Assembly: GCA_030698565.1 (NCBI GenBank)
Contig: JAUYJS010000008.1
Span: 289,275-353,274, forward strand
Reading direction: 5' to 3'
Length of the DNA: 64,000 bases
DNA from: Candidatus Shapirobacteria bacterium
GTDB taxonomy: Bacteria; Patescibacteriota; Microgenomatia; UBA12405
The notes beneath the pieces were generated by a model. The model saw nothing but the letters and a program-made list of their open reading frames with translations, was not told the origin of the DNA and searched no databases. Positions 9,590 through 19,847 of the stretch are shown here, piece after piece (positions within the stretch are counted from its first letter, which is position 1; each line of letters begins with the position of its first letter). The position numbers and the translations under genes are program-made.

Positions 9590-12500
9590 GTGGTGGCGAC
9601 AATAATTAGCTCCGACAAATTTTACGCAGAATACAACAAATTAAACCCTGAACAAAAACAGGCAGCCGATACCATTGAAGGTCCGGTCATGGTAATTGCC
9701 GGTGCTGGCACTGGCAAGACTCAAACTATCGCTCTAAGAATTGCCAACATTCTTCTAAAAACTCAAACTCCGGCCTACGCCATTTTATGTTTAACCTTTA
9801 CCGAAACCGGAGCCGCTGCCATGCGCCAGCGTCTTTTGGATATTATTGGTCTCCCTGCTTACGGCGTTAAAATCCACACCTTTCACTCCTTTTGCAATGA
9901 AATTATCAAAACTAATCCGGAATATTTTATCTTCGCCAAAAACATCGATAGCTTAGAAGAACTAGAAAGAATTGAAATTATTCAATCTTTGATTGAAAAA
10001 TTACCCGACGGAGCAATTCTTAAACCCTGGGGCGACCACTTTTATTATCAGCGCGAAATTATTAGTAAAATTCAAACCTTAAAACGGGAAAATATTACCC
10101 CCGATATTTTTTTGGATTTAATTCAAGAACAAAAAGAATTTTTAAAAGAATCAGAAGACTTATTTCTAAAGTTAAAAACACTTCGGGCCAACAAAGAATT
10201 AGAAACGGAAGTTTTGAATATCGTCGATTCTGTAATTAAAGTAGCAGGGGGTAAAAAATCAGTTTTAGCCAGGATTAACTATAATCTAGAAGCCTACAAA
10301 AAAGGAGTTTTTGATATTGGCGCAGCCAAAAGTCCAGCCGTTAATTTCAAAAACGCTCTCCTAAAAATATTTGATAATTTAATTAAAGATATTCCGAAGC
10401 AGGAAGAATTTTATAAAATTTATCTAAAATACCAAGAAGAACTAAAAAAACGCGGCCGTTATGATTTTGAAGACATGATTCTTTTTGTCTTAAATCAATT
10501 TAAAACTAACGAGGATCTTTTATTAACTTATCAGGAAAAATTCCAATATATTTTAGTTGATGAATATCAAGACACTAATACCGCTCAAAACGAAATTGTC
10601 CAGCTTTTAGGTTCTTATTTTGATGTCCCCAATATTTTTGTCGTCGGTGACGACGATCAATCAATTTTCCGTTTTCAAGGCGCTGCTATCGAAAATATAT
10701 ATAATTTTTATCAGACATATCGATCTCAAACAAAACTTATCGCCCTAAAAAATAATTATCGCAGTCACCAATTAATTTTGGATTCTTCTCAATCAGTTAT
10801 CAGCAACAACCAAAACCGAATTGCCAACTATATTAAAGAAATCGATAAATCTCTTGTTTCTGTCAAAACTTTTGACCCCGATCCGATTAATTTTTTTATG
10901 GCCGATTCTTGCGACGAGGAAAATTATTTTGTCGCCGAAAAAATTAAAAGCCTAATCAAAAAAGGCACCGACCCCGCAGAAATCGCGGTTCTTTTTCGCA
11001 ATAACAATGACGTAAATAACTTAATTGGCTATCTGGATAGCAACGAAATTAAATATCATTTGGGGTTAGGTGACAATGTTTTAGAAGACATTCGGGTTCA
11101 ACAAATTATAAAACTTTTATCATTTATCAATGATCCTTCTGTTGACGAACTTTTATTCCAAATCCTTTATTTTGATTTCCTAAAAATTAATTCTTACGAT
11201 CTTCTTCGAATTCTCAGATACAGTCGATCCGAGCATATTACTTTATCAAATTTAATCGCCGACAAATCCAAGCTTGAAAGTATTGATCCGTGTCTACGAA
11301 AAAATACTATTATTAAGCTAACTAATTTTTCCATTAGGGTGGCCAAGGCCCGAAAATGGCTCCAAAACTATTCCCTTGACCGTTTTTATAATAAATTTAT
11401 CAGGCGTTTTGGTTATTTAAAATATATATTGTCCCTTGACGATGTTTTTGTCGTCAATCATTTAAATATTTTTTACTCAGAATTAAAAAGACTCGCCCTT
11501 ACCAAAGGCCTTACTTTATCCCAATTCTTAGCCCGAATTGATTTATTCAAGGAAAATAGATTATCCCTATCTGCTCCTGAATTAAAATTAGACACCAACG
11601 GTTCCATAAATTTGATGACTGTTCACAAAGCCAAAGGATTGGAATTTGAACACGTTTTTTTGATTAAATGTAGCGATGGCAAATGGGGAAACAATAGTCA
11701 AAGTAGTTCTCTTAGGCTGCCTTTTGGTATTTTAAAAACAGAAATTTCCGTGTTAGCCGCCGACGAAAACGAAGAAGAAAGAAGACTCTTTTATGTGGCT
11801 TTAACCCGTGCCAAAAATCAAATATACATGTCCTATTCTGTAAAGAGTGAAACCGGTCGGAATCAATTTCCTTCAATTTTTACCAACGAAATTGACCCTA
11901 AATTAATTCAAATCATAAAACCAGACAGTGATTTTCATAAAAAAGCAATTCTCTCGGTATTACCTCAAGAAAGCAAAGTATTAATTTCAAATAAACAAGT
12001 CAAAAGTTACCTAAAAAATTATTTAACTCATGATTATAAATTCAATGTTACCCATCTCAATTCTTATCTAAAATGTCCTCTCTGTTTTTATTATAAAACC
12101 ATTTTACGAATACCGGCTGTCAAAAATAAACATGCCGCCTTGGGAACTGCAGTTCATGGCTCACTATCGTTTCTTTTTGAAACTTTAAAAGAAAAAAATA
12201 GCTTAATCGCCGAGGAAGAATTTTTATCCATATTTTATAAATATTTAATTAGAGAAAATTTAGATAATTTACAATTTTCTGAAGCCCTAAATCGAGGGAA
12301 CGAAATTTTGACGGATTATTATAATAATTATAAAAATACATTTTCTAATAACTGTCTAACTGAATATGATTTTTCCCACGATCACGTATTTTTGGACGAT
12401 ATTCCTCTAAGTGGAAAAATCGATAAAGTTGAAATTCTACCAACAAAACACAACGGCGAATTTGACGTTAATGTCATCGATTTTAAAACCGGCAACCCCG

Positions 12501-12805
12501 ACAACAAGTCCAAAGAATTAAAAGAAGACGGTGATTATTTTAGACAATTGGTTTTCTACAAAATTCTAGCCGACAACGATCCTAATTTTAAATATCACGT
12601 TAAGTCGGGCACTGTTGATTTTGTTGAAAAAAGTAAACGGAACAATAAATATGTTCAAAAGACTATAAATATCACCGACGATCATATAAATTTAGTTAAA
12701 ACTCAAATAAAAGAAATTTATCAAAAGATTTTAAACCTTGATTTTAATCGTGTCGGCGAGGACTGCAAAGACGAGCAAGATCTCCACAACCTGATAAAAT
12801 ATTGA
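9590..12805 (+). CDS. AddA/RecB-like fusion of a UvrD-type SF1 helicase with a C-terminal PD-(D/E)XK nuclease domain (GTG start)
   Basis: N-terminal Walker A GAGTGKTQT plus DEYQDTN and the VHKAKGLEFEHVF and YVALTRA motifs. The C-terminal about 250 aa contain DFKTGNPDN...QLVFYKIL (a RecB-nuclease-like D/K and QxxxY) and cysteines CPLC...C. Confidence 0.75.
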   Translation: MVATIISSDKFYAEYNKLNPEQKQAADTIEGPVMVIAGAGTGKTQTIALRIANILLKTQTPAYAILCLTFTETGAAAMRQRLLDIIGLPAYGVKIHTFHSFCNEIIKTNPEYFIFAKNIDSLEELERIEIIQSLIEKLPDGAILKPWGDHFYYQREIISKIQTLKRENITPDIFLDLIQEQKEFLKESEDLFLKLKTLRANKELETEVLNIVDSVIKVAGGKKSVLARINYNLEAYKKGVFDIGAAKSPAVNFKNALLKIFDNLIKDIPKQEEFYKIYLKYQEELKKRGRYDFEDMILFVLNQFKTNEDLLLTYQEKFQYILVDEYQDTNTAQNEIVQLLGSYFDVPNIFVVGDDDQSIFRFQGAAIENIYNFYQTYRSQTKLIALKNNYRSHQLILDSSQSVISNNQNRIANYIKEIDKSLVSVKTFDPDPINFFMADSCDEENYFVAEKIKSLIKKGTDPAEIAVLFRNNNDVNNLIGYLDSNEIKYHLGLGDNVLEDIRVQQIIKLLSFINDPSVDELLFQILYFDFLKINSYDLLRILRYSRSEHITLSNLIADKSKLESIDPCLRKNTIIKLTNFSIRVAKARKWLQNYSLDRFYNKFIRRFGYLKYILSLDDVFVVNHLNIFYSELKRLALTKGLTLSQFLARIDLFKENRLSLSAPELKLDTNGSINLMTVHKAKGLEFEHVFLIKCSDGKWGNNSQSSSLRLPFGILKTEISVLAADENEEERRLFYVALTRAKNQIYMSYSVKSETGRNQFPSIFTNEIDPKLIQIIKPDSDFHKKAILSVLPQESKVLISNKQVKSYLKNYLTHDYKFNVTHLNSYLKCPLCFYYKTILRIPAVKNKHAALGTAVHGSLSFLFETLKEKNSLIAEEEFLSIFYKYLIRENLDNLQFSEALNRGNEILTDYYNNYKNTFSNNCLTEYDFSHDHVFLDDIPLSGKIDKVEILPTKHNGEFDVNVIDFKTGNPDNKSKELKEDGDYFRQLVFYKILADNDPNFKYHVKSGTVDFVEKSKRNNKYVQKTINITDDHINLVKTQIKEIYQKILNLDFNRVGEDCKDEQDLHNLIKY

Positions 12806-12806
12806 C

Positions 12807-13238
12807 ATGAAAGTAAGCATCAAACGCTTTGATAAAAGTTTGCCTTTGCCTGTTTATAAAACTGCTGGCGCCGCCTGTGTCGATCTTTGTTCCCGTATCG
12901 ATATTACGATTCCCTCACACCAAATTGCTTACATACCCCTAAATGTAGCTCTAAAAATCCCCCAAGGTTATTGGTCTATGATGGTCCCCCGCAGTTCTAC
13001 CCACAAAATGGGTATTATGCAGGCCAACCACATGGGAGTTTTGGATAGCGATTATTGCGGCGACAATGATGAATATATTTTTACCGCTTACAATTTTACC
13101 GATAAAGAAGTCACTATCGAAAAAGGCACTCGGATTGCCCAGTTAATGGTCCAAAAATACGAATCAATAGAATTTGAAGAATCGGATCACCTAGATTGCA
13201 ATGATCGCGGCGGCTTTGGCACTACCGGCAATCGTTAA
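12807..13238 (+). CDS. dut: dUTP diphosphatase (dUTPase)
   Basis: Collinear with E. coli Dut (AGAACVDL, VLDSDYCGD, RIAQL, DRGGFG motifs). Confidence 0.9.
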   Translation: MKVSIKRFDKSLPLPVYKTAGAACVDLCSRIDITIPSHQIAYIPLNVALKIPQGYWSMMVPRSSTHKMGIMQANHMGVLDSDYCGDNDEYIFTAYNFTDKEVTIEKGTRIAQLMVQKYESIEFEESDHLDCNDRGGFGTTGNR

Positions 13239-13263
13239 TGAGTTGATTAGTGTAAAATAAATA

Positions 13264-14385
13264 ATGGTTGTGGTTTACCTTATTTTAGGAATTTTTGTTG
13301 GCATTGTAGTTGGCATGATTGCGATTACGGTTCTTTCCAGAAAAAATAACCCTGACAAATTATCCCAAGATTTTTTTAACCGTTTCAATGAAAAATTTCC
13401 CGAAATTTTAAATCAAGCCAACACCAGTTTAATTACTTTAGCCAATCAAAAACTAACAGCCGAAAAACAGGAAATAAGCAGTGATTTGGCCAACAAAAAG
13501 GCTGCCATCGAAGATCTTATCAAAAGAGTGCTGGAAGAAATGAAAATCAATTCTCAAAAATTAGAACAGGCCGAGTCCAACAGGGTTGGTAGTTTCAACA
13601 GCCTCCGCGAGGCCATCGACAATAATCGGAAAATTACAGAACAATTATCGGTTACAGCCGAAGCCCTCAAAAAAGTTTTGTCCAACAATCAACTTCGGGG
13701 TGCCTTCGGGGAAAAGGTTGCCGAAGATCTTTTGAAAATGTCCGGATTTGTAAAAGGCATTGATTACGAGTTCAATAAAGAACAAGCAACTACGGAAACT
13801 CGCCCGGATTTTTGTATATTTTTACCCGATGGTGCCAAAATAAACGTCGATGCCAAATTCCCATATGCTAATTTGCAAAAAATGACGGAAGCTGAGAGTG
13901 CAGAATCCAAAAATGAATATCTAAAATTATTCGAGCGTGACGTCAAAGACAAAATCCGCCAAGTCTGCACTCGTGATTATATTGATCCAGAAAATAAAAC
14001 AGTTGATTTTTGTATTTTATTTATCCCCAACGAAATGATTTTCTCCTTTATTTACGACAAATTGCCCCAAGTTTGGGAAGAAGCCCTAATGAAAAAAGTG
14101 GTTTTTGCCGGACCTTTCAGCTTTACAGCTATTTTAAGAATGGTTCGCCAGGCCTATGATAATTTTTCTTATCAAAAAAATGTTCAAACCATTATTGGCC
14201 ACATTCATTTGTTCGAAAAAGAATTTGGTAAATACAATGATGAATTTCTCAAGATTGGAGTGAAGATTGATTCATTATCCCGTCAATACAATGAAGTTAG
14301 TTCAACTCGTACCAGTAAATTACTTCGGGTTATCGATAAAATAAATATTGAAGATACTGCTTCCAAAAAACAATTACTAGACTAG
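13264..14385 (+). CDS. rmuC: DNA recombination protein RmuC
   Basis: N-terminal TM segment, a coiled-coil region, and a C-terminal block PDFCIFLPDGAKINVDAKFP...FIPNE that aligns with E. coli RmuC PDVIVRLPQGKDVVIDAKM...FIPVE. Confidence 0.85.
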   Translation: MVVVYLILGIFVGIVVGMIAITVLSRKNNPDKLSQDFFNRFNEKFPEILNQANTSLITLANQKLTAEKQEISSDLANKKAAIEDLIKRVLEEMKINSQKLEQAESNRVGSFNSLREAIDNNRKITEQLSVTAEALKKVLSNNQLRGAFGEKVAEDLLKMSGFVKGIDYEFNKEQATTETRPDFCIFLPDGAKINVDAKFPYANLQKMTEAESAESKNEYLKLFERDVKDKIRQVCTRDYIDPENKTVDFCILFIPNEMIFSFIYDKLPQVWEEALMKKVVFAGPFSFTAILRMVRQAYDNFSYQKNVQTIIGHIHLFEKEFGKYNDEFLKIGVKIDSLSRQYNEVSSTRTSKLLRVIDKINIEDTASKKQLLD

Positions 14386-14386
14386 C

Positions 14387-14593
14387 ATGAAACTAAATAT
14401 ATTTTTCTGTCTTATTCTGTATTTATATATTAGTACGGTTTATCCGAACACTCTTTTGAATAAATTTATATTTTTTGTTTTAGTATTTTGCAGTCTATTC
14501 TCTCTTTTTTATATCGTTATCAAAAATATTAAATTGAATCTAATTCTTAGTCTTTTTCTAATATTCGTTTTACTCTTGGCGATTTTTAGGTAA
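14387..14593 (+). CDS. Small hydrophobic ORF (68 aa) in an AT-rich intergenic region; may be spurious
   Basis: Only the ORF and its hydrophobicity; no homology recognised. Confidence 0.2.
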   Translation: MKLNIFFCLILYLYISTVYPNTLLNKFIFFVLVFCSLFSLFYIVIKNIKLNLILSLFLIFVLLLAIFR

Positions 14594-14607
14594 TTCAATT
14601 ATCCCCC

Positions 14608-14644
14608 TTGACACCCCTTAGCAGTCGACATATTATATTGCTAA
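14608..14644 (+). promoter_or_regulatory. hrcA promoter (TTGACA 14608-14613, 17-nt spacer, TATTAT 14631-14636) overlapping a degenerate CIRCE inverted repeat TTAGCAGTC-N9-TATTGCTAA (14618-14644)
   Basis: Canonical CIRCE is TTAGCACTC-N9-GAGTGCTAA. The left arm matches 8/9, the right arm 7/9, and the total length is 27 bp. It lies directly upstream of hrcA. Confidence 0.5.
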
Positions 14645-14645
14645 T

Positions 14646-15380
14646 ATGTCTGACTTAACCCAGCGCCAAATCAAGATTCTTAAATGTATTACTGAGGAAT
14701 TTATTGAAACAGCCGAACCTGTCGGTTCAGAAACTTTGGAGAGAAAATTTAATTTAGGCATTTCATCGGCCACAATTCGCAACGAAATGGCCTCCCTGAC
14801 TCAATTGGGATTTTTAAAGAAAAGTCATTTGTCGGCCGGACGATGTCCCACATCTATGGGTTTGAAATATTACGTCAGAAATTTAATGACCCCAAAGAAC
14901 ATGTCAGTCAGTGACGAAATCGGAGTCAAAGAAAAGATTTGGGATTATCGAAATGAGTTTGAAAGATTAATCAAAGAAACCACCAAAGAATTGGCCCTCA
15001 GAACCAGGTCTCTGGCTATGGCCACAACCGACCAAGGCTCGCTTTACTCTTATGGTGCTTCGAATTTATTGGAAGAACCCGAATTTTACAATATTGATGT
15101 CACTAAAACTATTTTATCTTTAATGGACAATTCCAATTTTTGGTTTGAAATTATTAATAAAGCCGGTGTTACCAACAAATCAGAAGAAGTAATTCATTTA
15201 CTTATTGGTGAAGATTTGGGCATGGAACACTTAGAACCATGTGGTTTTGTGTATCAAACCTACGAAGCCGGTCCTCATCGGGGGATTTTGGGTATCATTG
15301 GTCCAGCCAGATTTAGATATCAAAGCGTCGTCCCGGTAGTTGATTATTTTGCCCAACTGTTGTCTACTATTACACGTTAA
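14646..15380 (+). CDS. hrcA: Heat-inducible transcription repressor HrcA
   Basis: N-terminus RQIKILKCITEEFIETAEPVGSETL is typical of HrcA. It is the first gene of the hrcA-grpE-dnaK-dnaJ operon. Confidence 0.9.
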   Translation: MSDLTQRQIKILKCITEEFIETAEPVGSETLERKFNLGISSATIRNEMASLTQLGFLKKSHLSAGRCPTSMGLKYYVRNLMTPKNMSVSDEIGVKEKIWDYRNEFERLIKETTKELALRTRSLAMATTDQGSLYSYGASNLLEEPEFYNIDVTKTILSLMDNSNFWFEIINKAGVTNKSEEVIHLLIGEDLGMEHLEPCGFVYQTYEAGPHRGILGIIGPARFRYQSVVPVVDYFAQLLSTITR

Positions 15381-15389
15381 TATTTTTTT

Positions 15390-15845
15390 ATGAAAAACAA
15401 AAAAACAGAAAAAATATCTAAAAATGAAACCGGTTCAGACTCAATTGAAAAATTGTTGGAACTGGAAAATAAATTAGCCCGATCATTAGCTGATTATTCT
15501 AACTTAGAAAAGAGAATTGAAAATCAAAGGCAGATGTTTGTCACACTAGCTACTACTGCCATATTATCTAGAATGGTGGAAGTACTGGATGATTTATATC
15601 TCGCCCAAAATCATCTAAAAGATCAGGGTCTACAAATGGCCATCGACAAATTTACCAATGTTCTAAAATCAGAAGGACTAGAAGAAATTAAAACCGAGGG
15701 TGAATTTAATCCAGAAACCATGGACTGCGTCCAAGCAGTTCCAGGTGAAGATAACCAGGTTGTCGAAGTCAAAAAGAAAGGTTATAAATTAAACGGACAA
15801 GTTATTCGTCCCGCCCAAGTAACTGTCGGAAAACAAAATAATTAA
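15390..15845 (+). CDS. grpE: Nucleotide exchange factor GrpE
   Basis: Position between hrcA and dnaK; a coiled-coil N-terminal region and a GrpE-like C-terminal beta domain. Confidence 0.8.
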   Translation: MKNKKTEKISKNETGSDSIEKLLELENKLARSLADYSNLEKRIENQRQMFVTLATTAILSRMVEVLDDLYLAQNHLKDQGLQMAIDKFTNVLKSEGLEEIKTEGEFNPETMDCVQAVPGEDNQVVEVKKKGYKLNGQVIRPAQVTVGKQNN

Positions 15846-15868
15846 TATTAATTAAAAATTAAAAAAAT

Positions 15869-17782
15869 ATGGCAAACAAAATCATCGGAATCGATTTAGG
15901 AACAACCAACTCCTGCGTTGCTGTTATGGAGGCAGGTCATCCTAAGGTTATTATCACCTCTGAAGGACGAAATGTTATTCCTTCAGTTGTTGAACCAGTC
16001 AAAAAAATAGTTGGCGATTTGGCCAAAAGACAAATGGTTCTCAATCCTCAAAATACGGTTTATAGTGTTAAGCGTTTAATGGGTAGAAGAATTGACGATC
16101 CAGAAGTTAAAAAAACTCAAACCAACGTTCCCTACAAAATAGTTGCCGGCAAGGACAATACTGCTTCTGTTGAAATTAACGGTAAAGCGTATACACCTCA
16201 AGAAATTTCCGCCATGATTTTGCAAAAAGCCAAGGCCGATGCCGAAAAATATTTAGGTGAAAAAGTAACCGATGCCGTCATTACTGTTCCAGCTTATTTT
16301 GATGATTCTCAACGCCAAGCAACTAAGCAAGCCGGTGAAATTGCCGGTCTCAATGTCAAAAGAATTGTCAACGAGCCAACTGCAGCTGCTTTGGCCTATG
16401 GTATGGACAAAAAGAAAAGTGGAATAATCGCTGTTTATGATTTAGGCGGCGGTACTTTTGATATTTCTATTTTAGAAATTGGTGGCGGTATTTTTGAAGT
16501 TAAATCAACCAATGGCAACACATTTTTAGGTGGTGACGATTTTGATCACAAAATTATTGCCTGGCTTTTGGAAAATTTCCAAAAAGAAAATGGTGTCGAT
16601 TTAGCCAAAGATCCTCAAGCTCTTCAAAGAGTCCGCGAGGCTGCTGAAAAAGCCAAAATTGAATTGTCTTCCACGTATGAAGCCGAAATTAATTTGCCTT
16701 TCATTACTCAAAAAGACGGTCAACCTTTGCATTTGACCACCAAACTAACTCTTTCTGAGCTAGAAAAATTAGTTGATGATCTTATTCAAAAAACTCTCGA
16801 ACCAGTAGAGAAAGCGCTAAAAGATGCCGGTGTTAGCAAGTCAGACGTTGGCGACATTATCATGGTGGGCGGTATGACCAGAATGCCCAAAGTCCAACAG
16901 GTCGTCAAAGACTTTTTTGGTAAAGACCTAAACAATACTGTTAACCCAGATGAAGTTGTTGCTATTGGTGCTGCTATTCAAGGCGCAGTTTTAACCGGAG
17001 AAGTTAAAGATATAGTTTTACTCGATGTTACCCCATTAACTTTAGGTATTGAAACCGCTGGTGGTGTTCGGACACCTTTAATTGAAAGGAATACAACTAT
17101 CCCAACTAAAAAATCACAAGTGTTTACCACATATGCTGATAATCAACCTCAAGTAGAAATAAATGTTTTGCAGGGTGAAAGGCCAATGGCCACCGACAAC
17201 AAAACTTTGGGTCGATTCGTTTTAGATGGTATTGCTCCAGCACCTCGTGGTACTCCTCAAGTCGAAGTTACCTTCGATATTGATAGTAACGGAATTCTAA
17301 GCGTCAGTGCCAAGGATAAGGGCACCAATAAAGAGCAAAAGATTACCATTCAAAATGCTACCAATCTTTCTGAAGAAGAAATTGAAACCATGAAAAAAGA
17401 TGCCGAGGTTCATGCCAGGGAAGACGAAGACAGAAGATTATCTGCCGAGTCCAAAAACAAACTTGACAGCACTATTTTTTCAGCTGAAAAATCCTTAAAG
17501 GAATTTGGTGATAAAGTTAAGCCCGAAGACAAGGCTAAAATCGAAGAAAAACTCAAGGCAGCCCAGGAATTAGTGGGTAAACCCGATGCCAAAAAAGACG
17601 ACTTCGACAAGGCCAATGAAGAATTAAGTCAAATTCTCCAAACAATTGGTGCCGCTGTTTATCAGCAACAACAACCCAGTCAGCCAAGTCCCGAAGGTAA
17701 AGGCCCAGAAGAACCACCAAAAGAAGAGCCTAAAAAAGCTGACGATAAAAAAGAAGCTGAAGAAGGCGAGGTTGTTCAATAA
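15869..17782 (+). CDS. dnaK: Molecular chaperone DnaK (Hsp70)
   Basis: [22 protein letters not shown] and the other Hsp70 signatures. Confidence 0.97.
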   Translation: MANKIIGIDLGTTNSCVAVMEAGHPKVIITSEGRNVIPSVVEPVKKIVGDLAKRQMVLNPQNTVYSVKRLMGRRIDDPEVKKTQTNVPYKIVAGKDNTASVEINGKAYTPQEISAMILQKAKADAEKYLGEKVTDAVITVPAYFDDSQRQATKQAGEIAGLNVKRIVNEPTAAALAYGMDKKKSGIIAVYDLGGGTFDISILEIGGGIFEVKSTNGNTFLGGDDFDHKIIAWLLENFQKENGVDLAKDPQALQRVREAAEKAKIELSSTYEAEINLPFITQKDGQPLHLTTKLTLSELEKLVDDLIQKTLEPVEKALKDAGVSKSDVGDIIMVGGMTRMPKVQQVVKDFFGKDLNNTVNPDEVVAIGAAIQGAVLTGEVKDIVLLDVTPLTLGIETAGGVRTPLIERNTTIPTKKSQVFTTYADNQPQVEINVLQGERPMATDNKTLGRFVLDGIAPAPRGTPQVEVTFDIDSNGILSVSAKDKGTNKEQKITIQNATNLSEEEIETMKKDAEVHAREDEDRRLSAESKNKLDSTIFSAEKSLKEFGDKVKPEDKAKIEEKLKAAQELVGKPDAKKDDFDKANEELSQILQTIGAAVYQQQQPSQPSPEGKGPEEPPKEEPKKADDKKEAEEGEVVQ

Positions 17783-17795
17783 TATTTATTATCTT

Positions 17796-17822
17796 GTAGA
17801 GACGCCCCGCTGGGCGTCTCTA
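17796..17822. repeat. REP-type palindromic hairpin GTAGAGACGCC-CCGCTG-GGCGTCTCTA in the dnaK-dnaJ spacer (REP family A copy; possible attenuator or mRNA stabiliser)
   Basis: Perfect 10-bp stem. The stem sequence is identical to the REP copies clustered at 45107-45227, and it starts with 5' GTAG. Confidence 0.6.
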
Positions 17823-17852
17823 TTTGATTGTTGGTGATGTTAAAATAGACCC

Positions 17853-18713
17853 ATGAAACGCGATTTTTATGAAGTACTAGGTGTCAACAAAGGTTCTGGT
17901 AAGGACGAAGTAAAAAGTGCCTATCGCAAGATGGCCATGAAATTTCATCCGGATCAAAACAAAGAACCCGATGCTGAGGAAAAATTCAAGGAAATTAACG
18001 AAGCCTATGAAGTCCTAAGCAACGAACAAAAGCGATCAGCTTATGATCAATATGGTCATGCGGCATTCGATCCTAGCTCAGCTGGTGGCTTTGGCGGTCA
18101 TACTTATACCAATCAAAACGGTCCATTTAATTACACTTACACCAGCTCTGGTGGCAATCCATTCGGCGGCAATGCCGATTTTGATTTTGGTGGATTCAGT
18201 AACCCCTTTGATATTTTCGAACAATTTTTTGGCACCTCTTTTTCTCAAAATCGCGGGCCCAAAATAACTACTTATCGAGTCCAATTAACTTTTTTAGAAG
18301 CTGCCAATGGTGTGGAAAAAGATTTTGTTATTGATGGTCAAAAAAGAAAAGTAAAAATCCCAGCTGGTGTCGACGATGGTCAAAGAGTTAGGTTCAAAGA
18401 ATTTATTTTATATATTGACGTCTTACCAGACAAGGTTTTTAAAAGGGAAGGCAATGACGCCTTTGTTAACTTCAATATTACCCTAACACAGGCCATTTTG
18501 GGCGACACCATCGAAGTTCCCACACTCCAAAAGCCACTCAAGATAAAAATCAAACCGGGCACTCAACCAAATACTTTAATCAGACTAAAAGACAAAGGTA
18601 TCCATGATATCAATGGCTATGGTTACGGCGATTTATATATTCGATTAACAATCGAAATCCCAAGCCGCCTTTCCTCTCACCAAAAAAATCTGCTAAAACA
18701 GTTAGATTTATAA
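17853..18713 (+). CDS. dnaJ: J-domain co-chaperone, DnaJ/CbpA-like, lacking the CxxCxGxG zinc-finger domain
   Basis: J-domain [13 protein letters not shown] and a G/F-rich region, but no cysteines at all, followed by C-terminal substrate-binding-like domains. Confidence 0.8.
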   Translation: MKRDFYEVLGVNKGSGKDEVKSAYRKMAMKFHPDQNKEPDAEEKFKEINEAYEVLSNEQKRSAYDQYGHAAFDPSSAGGFGGHTYTNQNGPFNYTYTSSGGNPFGGNADFDFGGFSNPFDIFEQFFGTSFSQNRGPKITTYRVQLTFLEAANGVEKDFVIDGQKRKVKIPAGVDDGQRVRFKEFILYIDVLPDKVFKREGNDAFVNFNITLTQAILGDTIEVPTLQKPLKIKIKPGTQPNTLIRLKDKGIHDINGYGYGDLYIRLTIEIPSRLSSHQKNLLKQLDL

Positions 18714-18765
18714 CTTTTATTCAACAGGCTCAAAAATTTTAAGGTATAATTTTCTCATATTAATT

Positions 18766-19794
18766 ATGACCAAAACTATTACAAAAAACATCCAATCTCA
18801 ATCGCAAATAATTATCTATAAAACAGAAACAGGCGAGACTAAAATTGATGTTCGTTTTGAAAATGAAAATGTATGGCTTACTCAAAACGCATTAGCGGAT
18901 CTCTTTCAAACAACAAAGCAAAACATAAGTCAGCACATCAAAAATATTTTTGAAGAAAAAGAGTTATTAGAAAATTCAACTGTAAAGAAACTCTTTACAG
19001 TTCAAAAAGAAGGTAACCGCGAAATAAAACGAGAAATAGATTATTACAACCTTGATCTGATTATTTCCGTTGGCTATCGTATCAAAAGCTCTATTGCCAC
19101 CGCATTTCGTCAGTGGGCTACTCTTCAACTTCGCGAATATATTGTTAAGGGTTTTGTTATGGACGACGAAAGATTAAAAAATCCCGATTTACCATTTGAT
19201 TATTTTGAAGAATTAACTCGTCGTATTACAGATATTCGTACATCTGAAAAACGATTTTATAGAAAAATTACCGATATTTATGCTACCAGCGTTGATTATG
19301 ATCCAACCGACGAAATAAGTATTCTCTTTTTTAAAACTGTCCAAAACAAAGTTCATTATGCCATTACCGGGAGTACTGCGGCGGAGATAATTGTCAGTAG
19401 GGTAGATAGTAAAAAACCAAATGTAGGTCTGACAAATTTTCGTGGTAGTAAACCAACCAAAGAAGAAGTTGTGATTGCTAAAAATTATTTGAGTGAGCAG
19501 GAGCTCTTGGTGTTAAATAATCTTGTTGAGCAATATTTAGTATTTGCCCAAGGACAGGCAATACAGAGAGTACCAATGTATATGGACGACTGGATAAATA
19601 AACTCAATGCTTTTTTGCAGATTAATAATAAAGATATTTTAAAAGATGCCGGTAAAGTCTCTCATGAATTGGCCATAGAAATAGCTGAAAAGAATTTTGA
19701 TGAATATAAAAAAAGTGAAGCAAAAAATATTAATAATGATTTTGATTCAGTCGCTCTGCACGCACTTGAAATAACCAAGAAAAAAAGAAGATAA
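18766..19794 (+). CDS. RhuM-family (virulence/Bro-N-like) protein
   Basis: N-terminus IIIYKTETGETKIDVRFENENVWLTQNALADLFQTTKQNISQHIKNIFEE matches the conserved RhuM-family start. Confidence 0.75.
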   Translation: MTKTITKNIQSQSQIIIYKTETGETKIDVRFENENVWLTQNALADLFQTTKQNISQHIKNIFEEKELLENSTVKKLFTVQKEGNREIKREIDYYNLDLIISVGYRIKSSIATAFRQWATLQLREYIVKGFVMDDERLKNPDLPFDYFEELTRRITDIRTSEKRFYRKITDIYATSVDYDPTDEISILFFKTVQNKVHYAITGSTAAEIIVSRVDSKKPNVGLTNFRGSKPTKEEVVIAKNYLSEQELLVLNNLVEQYLVFAQGQAIQRVPMYMDDWINKLNAFLQINNKDILKDAGKVSHELAIEIAEKNFDEYKKSEAKNINNDFDSVALHALEITKKKRR

Positions 19795-19847
19795 AAAATC
19801 CCTTTTATAATTTAGACGTAATAAATTCTGCTCTTCAGAACCAAAAA

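Noticed and set aside
14387-14593. 68-aa hydrophobic ORF between rmuC and hrcA
   Set aside because: Retained only as a very low-confidence feature. It lies in AT-rich spacer DNA where hydrophobic ORFs arise by chance.
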